Origin: Auanema rhodensis
Taxonomy: Eukaryota; Animalia; Nematoda
Length of the DNA: 64,000 nucleotides
Reading direction: 5' to 3'
NCBI GenBank assembly: GCA_964057225.1
Contig: CAXKVF010000096.1
Span: 42,692-106,691 of the forward strand
Both the position numbers and the translations under genes were made by a program. This document shows positions 55,792 through 64,000 of this stretch, one piece after another. Numbering within the stretch: position 1 is the stretch's first letter; each line of letters opens with the position of its first letter. The notes under the pieces were generated by a model that did no database searches, was not told where the DNA came from, and saw only the letters and a list, made by a program, of their open reading frames with translations.

Positions 55792-58075
55792 ATTTTTATT
55801 GATATTGGTGCATGGTAACCATGACTTTGAAATTTACGTGAACTTTAATTTATGCTAATTAAATGTACACGTGATGTGCACTTGGTATGTAACTCGCTTC
55901 ACGTGAAAGATAAAGAGATGCGGTTTTCAAAATTAGATTCCCCATGTCCATATTAGTCTAAAAACAAATTTTTATTGATATTGGTTCATGGTAACCATGA
56001 CTTTGAAATTTACGTGAACTTTAATTTATGCTAATTAAATGTACACGTGATGTGCACTTGGTATGTAACTCGCTTCACGTGAAAGATAAAGAGATGCGGT
56101 TTTCAAAATTAGATTCCCCATGTCCATATTAGTCTAAAAACAAATTTTTATTGATATTGGTTCATGGTAACCATGACTTTGAAATTTACGTGAACTTTAA
56201 TTTATGCTAAATAAATGTACACGTGATGTGCACTTGGTATGTAACTCGCTTCACGTGAAAGATAAAGAGATGCGGTTTTCAAAATTAGATTCCCCATGTC
56301 CATATTAGTCTAAAAACAAATTTTTATTGATATTGGTTCATGGTAACCATGACTTTGAAATTTACGTGTACTTTAATTTATGCTAATTAAATGTACACGG
56401 TGCACTTGGTATGTAACTCGCTTCACGTGAAAGATAAAGAGATGCGGTTTTCAAAATTAGATTCCCCATGTCCAAATTAGTCTAAAAACAAATTTTTATT
56501 GATATTGGTTCATGGTAACCATGACTTTGAATTTTACGTGAACTTTAATTTATGCTAATTAAATGTACACGTGATGTGCACTTGGTATGTAACTCGCTTC
56601 ACGTGAAAGATAAAGAGATGCGGTTTTCAAATTTAGATTCCCCATGTCCATATTAGTCTAAAAACAAATTTTTATTGATATTGGTGCATGGTAACCATGA
56701 CTTTGAAATTTACGTGAACTTTAATTTATGCTAATTAAATGTACACGTGATGTACACTTGGTATGTAACTCGCTTCACGTGAAAGATAAAGAGATGCGGT
56801 TTTCAAAATTAGATTCCCCATGTCCATATTAGTCTAAAAACAAATTTTTATTGATATTGGTTCATGGTAACCATGACTTTGAAATTTACGTGAACTTTAA
56901 TTTATGCTAATTAAATGTACACGTGATGTGCACTTGGTATGTAACTCGCTTCACGTGAAAGATAAAGAGATGCGGTTTTCAAAATTAGATTCCCCATGTC
57001 CATATTAGTCTAAAAACAAATTTTTTTTGATATTGGTTCATGGTAACCATGACTTTGAAATTTACGTGAACTTTAATTTATGCTAATTAAATGTACACGT
57101 GATGTGCACTTGGTATGTAACTCGCTTTACGTGAAAGATAAAGAGATGCGGTTTTCAAAATTAGATTCCCTATGTCCATATTAGTCTAAAAACAAATTTT
57201 TATTGATATTGGTTCATGGTAACCATGACTTTGAAATTTACGTGAACTTTAATTTATGCTAATTAAATGTACACGTGATGTGCACTTGGTATGTAACTCG
57301 CTTCACGTGAAAGATAAAGAGATGCGGTTTTCAAAATTAGATTCCCCATGTCCATATTAGTCTAAAAACAAATTTTTATTGATATTGGTTCATGGTAACC
57401 ATGACTTTGAAATTTACGTGAACTTTAATTTATGCTAATTAAATGTACACGTGATGTGCACTTGGTATGTAACTCGCTTCACGTGAAAGATAAAGAGATG
57501 CGGTTTTCAAAATTAGATTCCCCATGTCCATATTAGTCTAAAAACAAATTTTTATTGATATTGGTTCATGGTAACCATGACTTTGAATTTTACGTGAACT
57601 TTAATTTATGCTAATTGAATGTACACGTGATGTGCACTTGGTATGTAACTCGCTTCACGTGAAAGATAAAGAGATGCGGTTTTCAAAATTAGATTTCCCA
57701 TCTCCATATTAGTCTAAAAACAAATTTTTATTGATATTGGTGCATGGTAACCATGACTTTGAAATTTACGTGAACTTTAATTTATGCTAATTAAATGTAC
57801 ACGTGATGTGCACTTGGTATGTAACTCGCTTCACGTGAAAGATAAAGAGATGCGGTTTTCAAAATTAGATTCCCCATGTCCATATTAGTCTAAAAACAAA
57901 TTTTTATTGATATTGGTTCATGGTAACCATGACTTTGAAATTTACGTGAACTTTAATTTATGCTAATTAAATGTACACGTGATGTGCACTTGGTATGTAA
58001 CTCGCTTCACGTGAAAGATAAAGAGATGCGGTTTTCAAAATTAGATTCCCCATGTCCATATTAGTCTAAAAACAA

Positions 58076-61000
58076 ATTTTTATTGATATTGGTTCATGGT
58101 AACCATGACTTTGAAATTTACGTGAACTTTAATTTATGCTAATTAAATGTACACGTGATGTGCACTTGGCATGTAACTCGCTTCACGTGAAAGATAAAGA
58201 GATGCGGTTTTCAAAATTAGATTCCCCATGTCCATATTAGTCTAAAAACAAATTTTTATTGAATTTCAAATTCATGGTAACCATGACTTTGAAATTTACT
58301 TGAACTTTAATTTATGCTAATTAAATGTACACGTGATGTGCACTTGGTATGTAACTCGCTTCACGTGAAAGATAAAGAGATGCGGTTTTCAAAATTAGAT
58401 TCCCCATGTCCATATTAGTCTAAAAACAAATTTTTATTGATATTGGTTCATGGTAACCATGACTTTGAAATTTACGTGAACTTTAATTTATGCTAATTAA
58501 ATGTACACGTGATGTGCACTTGGTATGTAACTCGCTTCACGTGAAAGAGAAAGAGATGCGGTTTTCAAAATTAGATTCCCCATGTCCATATTAGTCTAAA
58601 AACAAATTTTTATTGATATTGGTTCATGGTAACCATGACTTTGAATTTTACGTGAACTTTAATTTATGCTAATTAAATGTACACGTGATGTGCACTTGGT
58701 ATGTAACTCGCTTCACGTGAAAGATAAAGAGATGCGGTTTTCAAAATTAGATTCCCCATGTCCATATTAGTCTAAAAACAAATTTTTATTGATATTGGTG
58801 CATGGTAACCATGACTTTGAAATTTACGTGAACTTTAATTTATGCTAATTAAATGTACACGTGATGTGCACTTGGTATGTAACTCGCTTCACGTGAAAGA
58901 TAAAGAGATGCGGTTTTCAAAATTAGATTCCCTATGTCCATATTAGTCTAAAAACAAATTTTTATTGATATTGGTTCATGGTAACCATGACTTTGAAATT
59001 TACGTGAACTTTAATTTATGCTAATTAAATGTACACGTGATGTGCACTTGGTATGTAACTCGCTTCACGTGAAAGATAAAGAGATGCGGTTTTCAAAATT
59101 AGATTCCCCATGTCCATATTAGTCTAAAAACAAATTTTTATTGATATTGGTTCATGGTAACCATGACTTTGAAATTTACGTGAACTTTAATTTATGCTAA
59201 TTAAATGTACACGTGATGTGCACTTGGTATGTAACTCGCTTCACGTGAAAGATAAAGAGATGCGGTTTTCAAAATTAGATTCCCCATGTCCATATTAGTC
59301 TAAAAACAAATTTTTATTGATATTGGTTCATGGTAACCATGACTTTGAAATTTACGTGAACTTTAATTTATGCTAATTAAATGTACACGTGATGTGCACT
59401 TGGCATGTAACTCGCTTCACGTGAAAGATAAAGAGATGCGGTTTTCAAAATTAGATTCCCCATGTCCATATTAGTCTAAAAACAAATTTTTATTGATATT
59501 GGTTCATGGTAACCATGACTTTGAAATTTACTTGAACTTTAATTTATGCTAATTAAATGTACACGTGATGTGCACTTGGTATGTAACTCGCTTCACGTGA
59601 AAGATAAAGAGATGCGTTTTTCAAAATTAGATTCCCCATGTCCATATTAGTCTAAAAACAAATTTTTATTGATATTGGTTCATGGTAACCATGACTTTGA
59701 AATTTACGTGAACTTTAATTTATGCTAATTAAATGTACACGTGATGTGCACTTGGTATGTAACTCGCTTCACGTGAAAGAGAAAGAGATGCGGTTTTCAA
59801 AATTAGATTCCCCATGTCCATATTAGTCTAAAAACAAATTTTTATTGATATTGGTTCATGGTAACCATGACTTTGAATTTTACGTGAACTTTAATTTATG
59901 CTAATTAAATGTACACGTGATGTGCACTTGGTATGTAACTCGCTTCACGTGAAAGATAAAGAGATGCGGTTTTCAAAATTAGATTCCCCATGTCCATATT
60001 AGTCTAAAAACAAATTTTTATTGATATTGGTGCATGGTAACCATGACTTTGAAATTTACGTGAACTTTAATTTATGCTAATTAAATGTACACGTGATGTG
60101 CACTTGGTATGTAACTCGCTTCACGTGAAAGATAAAGAGATGCGGTTTTCAAAATTAGATTCCCCATGTCCATATTAGTCTAAAAACAAATTTTTATTGA
60201 TATTGGTTCATGGTAACCATGACTTTGAAATTTACGTGAACTTTAATTTATGCTAATTAAATGTACACGTGATGTGCACTTGGTATGTAACTCGCTTCAC
60301 GTGAAAGATAAAGAGATGCGGTTTTCAAAATTAGATTCCCCATGTCCATATTAGTCTAAAAACAAATTTTTATTGATATTGGTTCATGGTAACCATGACT
60401 TTGAAATTTACGTGAACTTTAATTTATGCTAATTAAATGTACACGTGATGTGCACTTGGTATGTAACTCGCTTCACGTGAAAGATAAAGAGATGCGGTTT
60501 TCAAAATTAGATTCCCCATGTCCATATTAGTCTAAAAACAAATTTTTATTGATATTGGTTCATGGTAACCATGACTTTGAATTTTACGTGAACTTTAATT
60601 TATGCTAATTGAATGTACACGTGATGTGCACTTGGTATGTAACTCGCTTCACGTGAAAGATAAAGAGATGCGGTTTTCAAAATTAGATTTCCCATGTCCA
60701 TATTAGTCTAAAAACAAATTTTTATTGATATTGGTGCATGGTAACCATGACTTTGAAATTTACGTGAACTTTAATTTATGCTAATTAAATGTACACGTGA
60801 TGTGCACTTGGTATGTAACTCGCTTCACGTGAAAGATAAAGAGATGCGGTTTTCAAAATTAGATTCCCCATGTCCATATTAGTCTAAAAACAAATTTTTA
60901 TTGATATTGGTTCATGGTAACCATGACTTTGAAATTTACGTGAACTTTAATTTATGCTAATTAAATGTACACGTGATGTGCACTTGGTATGTAACTCGCT

Positions 61001-61949
61001 TCACGTGAAAGATAAAGAGATGCGGTTTTCAAAATTAGATTCCCCATGTCCATATTAGTCTAAAAACAAATTTTTATTGATATTGGTTCATGGTAACCAT
61101 GACTTTGAAATTTACGTGAACTTTAATTTATGCTAATTAAATGTACACGTGATGTGCACTTGGCATGTAACTCGCTTCACGTGAAAGATAAAGAGATGCG
61201 GTTTTCAAAATTAGATTCCCCATGTCCATATTAGTCTAAAAACAAATTTTTATTGATATTGGTTCATGGTAACCATGACTTTGAAATTTACTTGAACTTT
61301 AATTTATGCTAATTAAATGTACACGTGATGTGCACTTGGTATGTAACTCGCTTCACGTGAAAGATAAAGAGATGCGGTTTTCAAAATTAGATTCCCCATG
61401 TCCATATTAGTCTAAAAACAAATTTTTATTGATATTGGTTCATGGTAACCATGACTTTGAAATTTACGTGAACATTAATTTATGCTAATTAAATGTACAC
61501 GTGATGTGCACTTGGTATGTAACTCGCTTCACGTGAAAGAGAAAGAGATGCGGTTTTCAAAATTAGATTCCCCATGTCCATATTAGTCTAAAAACAAATT
61601 TTTATTGATATTGGTTCATGGTAACCATGACTTTGAATTTTACGTGAACTTTAATTTATGCTAATTAAATGTACACGTGATGTGCACTTGGTATGTAACT
61701 CGCTTCACGTGAAAGATAAAGAGATGCGGTTTTCAAAATTAGATTCCCCATGTCCATATTAGTCTAAAAACAAATTTTTATTGATATTGGTGCATGGTAA
61801 CCATGACTTTGAAATTTACGTGAACTTTAATTTATGCTAATTAAATGTACACGTGATGTGCACTTGGTATGTAACTCGCTTCACGTGAAAGATAAAGAGA
61901 TGCGGTTTTCAAAATTAGATTCCCCATGTCCATATTAGTCTAAAAACAA
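58076..61949. repeat. Three copies of a 5-monomer cassette [C95][T47][G120][T41][G19] at 7- and 10-monomer spacing
   Basis: TTGGCATG (C95) is at 58170, 59404 and 61164, TTACTTG (T47) at 58300, 59532 and 61292, and AGAGAAAG (G120) at 58549, 59781 and 61541. Confidence 0.88.
58262..58296. other. Unique complex mutation extending the monomer palindrome to a 35-bp quasi-palindrome
   Basis: Consensus ATATTGG (7 nt) is replaced by AATTTCAAA (9 nt, 58262-58270), the exact reverse complement of TTTGAAATT at 58288-58296. Confidence 0.9.
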
Positions 61950-64000
61950 ATTTTTATTGATATTGGTTCATGGTAACCATGACTTTGAAATTTACGTGAA
62001 CTTTAATTTATGCTAATTAAATGTACACGTGATGTGCACTTGGTATGTAACTCGCTTCACGTGAAAGATAAAGAGATGCGGTTTTCAAAATTAGATTCCC
62101 CATGTCCATATTAGTCTAAAAACAAATTTTTTTTGATATTGGTTCATGATAACCATGACTTTGAAATTTACGTGAACTTTAATTTATGCTAATTAAATGT
62201 ACACGTGATGTGCACTTGGTATGTAACTCGCTTCACGTGAAAGATAAAGAGATGCGGTTTTCAAAATTAGATTCCCCATGTCCATATTAGTCTAAAAACA
62301 AATTTTTATTGATATTGGTTCATGGTAACCATGACTTTGAATTTTACGTGAACTTTAATTTATGCTAATTAAATGTACACGTGATGTGCACTTGGTATGT
62401 AACTCGCTTCACGTGAAAGATAAAGAGATGCGGTTTTCAAAATTAGATTCCCCATGTCCATATTAGTCTAAAAACAAATTTTTATTGATATTGGTTCATG
62501 GTAACCATGACTTTGAATTTTACGTGAACTTTAATTTATGCTAATTAAATGTACACGTGATGTGCACTTGGTATGTAACTCGCTTCACGTGAAAGATAAA
62601 GAGATGCGGTTTTCAAAATTAGATTCCCCATGTCCATATTAGTCTAAAAACAAATTTTTATTGATATTGGTGCATGGTAACCATGACTTTGAAATTTACG
62701 TGAACTTTAATTTATGCTAATTAAATGTACACGTGATGTGCACTTGGTATGTAACTCGCTTCACGTGAAAGATAAAGAGATGCGGTTTTCAAAATTAGAT
62801 TCCCCATGTCCATATTAGTCTAAAAACAAATTTTTATTGATATTGGTTCATGGTAACCATGACTTTGAAATTTACGTGAACTTTAATTTATGCTAATTAA
62901 ATGTACACGTGATGTGCACTTGGTATGTAACTCGCTTCACGTGAAAGATAAAGAGATGCGGTTTTCAAAATTAGATTCCCCATGTCCATATTAGTCTAAA
63001 AACAAATTTTTTTTGATATTGGTTCATGATAACCATGACTTTGAAATTTACGTGAACTTTAATTTATGCTAATTAAATGTACACGTGATGTGCACTTGGT
63101 ATGTAACTCGCTTTACGTGAAAGATAAAGAGATGCGGTTTTCAAAATTAGATTCCCCATGTCCATATTAGTCTAAAAACAAATTTTTATTGATATTGGTT
63201 CATGGTAACCATGACTTTGAAATTTACGTGAACTTTAATTTATGCTAATTAAATGTACACGTGATGTGCACTTGGTATGTAACTCGCTTCACGTGAAAGA
63301 TAAAGAGATGCGGTTTTCAAAATTAGATTCCCCATGTCCATATTAGTCTAAAAACAAATTTTTTTTGATATTGGTGCATGGTAACCATGACTTTGAAATT
63401 TACGTGAACTTTAATTTATGCTAATTAAATGTACACGTGATGTGCACTTGGTATGTAACTCGCTTCACGTGAAAGATAAAGAGATGCGGTTTTCAAAATT
63501 AGATTCCCTATGTCCATATTAGTCTAAAAACAAATTTTTATTGATATTGGTGCATGGTAACCATGACTTTGAAATTTACGTGAACTTTAATTTATGCTAA
63601 TTAAATGTACACGTGATGTGCACTTGGTATGTAACTCGCTTCACGTGAAAGATAAAGAGATGCGGTTTTCAAAATTAGATTCCCCATGTCCATATTAGTC
63701 TAAAAACAAATTTTTATTGATATTGGTGCATGGTAACCATGACTTTGAAATTTACGTGAACTTTAATTTATGCTAATTAAATGTACACGTGATGTGCACT
63801 TGGTATGTAACTCGCTTCACGTGAAAGATAAAGAGATGCGGTTTTCAAAATTAGATTCCCTATGTCCATATTAGTCTAAAAACAAATTTTTATTGATATT
63901 GGTTCATGGTAACCATGACTTTGAAATTTACGTGAACTTTAATTTATGCTAATTAAATGTACACGTGATGTGCACTTGGTATGTAACTCGCTTCACGTGA

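Larger units (their letters stand above)
1..64000. repeat. Tandem satellite DNA array, 176-bp monomer, ~363.6 copies, head-to-tail, extends past both window edges
   Basis: The unit ATTTTTATTGATATTGG...CTAAAAACAA restarts at 1, 177, 353, 529, 705, 881 and so on. The register shifts only by -1 (~7541), -4 (~56400) and +2 (~58262). The last monomer starts at 63886. The consensus has 56/176 G+C (~32%) and stop codons in all six frames. Confidence 0.99.
1..64000. other. Putative centromeric/pericentromeric satellite core of a eukaryote (family and species not recognised)
   Basis: Inference from monomer length (similar to the 171-180 bp centromeric satellites of primates and crucifers), AT richness, about 99% monomer identity, no inserted elements and local higher-order repeats. 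There is no direct functional evidence in the sequence. Confidence 0.6.
9272..64000. repeat. Satellite sub-domain B (alleles G19, G121, linked T41+G70, later A87, T50+A160, T7+T109+T152)
   Basis: GATGAAG (G121) first appears at 9272 and GGTGCATG (G19) first appears at 9346. I did not see C17, T153, G100 or C36 downstream of 9251. Confidence 0.88.

Noticed and set aside
1-64000. CRISPR-like array (regular repeats with palindromic cores)
   Set aside because: There are no unique spacers, since the entire 176 bp repeats, and no cas genes or leader are present.
1-64000. Variant pattern as an encoded message or programmed diversification system
   Set aside because: The ordered alleles are explained by nested tandem duplication and conversion. 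No recombinase, reverse transcriptase or template/variable-region pair is present.

Overview
The whole 64 kb window is one uninterrupted, head-to-tail, single-orientation tandem satellite array. It holds 363 complete copies plus a 115-bp partial copy of a 176-bp, about 32% GC monomer (consensus = positions 1-176: ATTTTTATTGATATTGGTTCATGGTAACCATGACTTTGAAATTTACGTGAACTTTAATTTATGCTAATTAAATGTACACGTGATGTGCACTTGGTATGTAACTCGCTTCACGTGAAAGATAAAGAGATGCGGTTTTCAAAATTAGATTCCCCATGTCCATATTAGTCTAAAAACAA). Most monomers differ from consensus by 0-3 substitutions, and I see only three indels (about 7541, about 56400 and 58262-58270). I found no supportable genes, RNA genes, transposons, inversions or CRISPR spacers. 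Nucleosome-scale monomer length, AT richness and extreme homogeneity fit a eukaryotic centromeric or pericentromeric satellite. I do not recognise the family or organism, so centromere function is an inference. The information lies in three places. (i) The monomer is densely tiled with palindromes and imperfect inverted repeats, and carries three evenly spaced ACGTGA cores. (ii) One monomer at about 58.26 kb shows a clear fold-back (template-switch) mutation. (iii) Diagnostic SNPs record block duplications of 3-18 monomers, plus a sharp sub-family boundary near 9.26 kb that maps to a single recombinant monomer. I cannot support a claim of a new gene-based biological system here. Variants are named as new base plus monomer position (e.g. 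G121), and all variant calls were read by eye.
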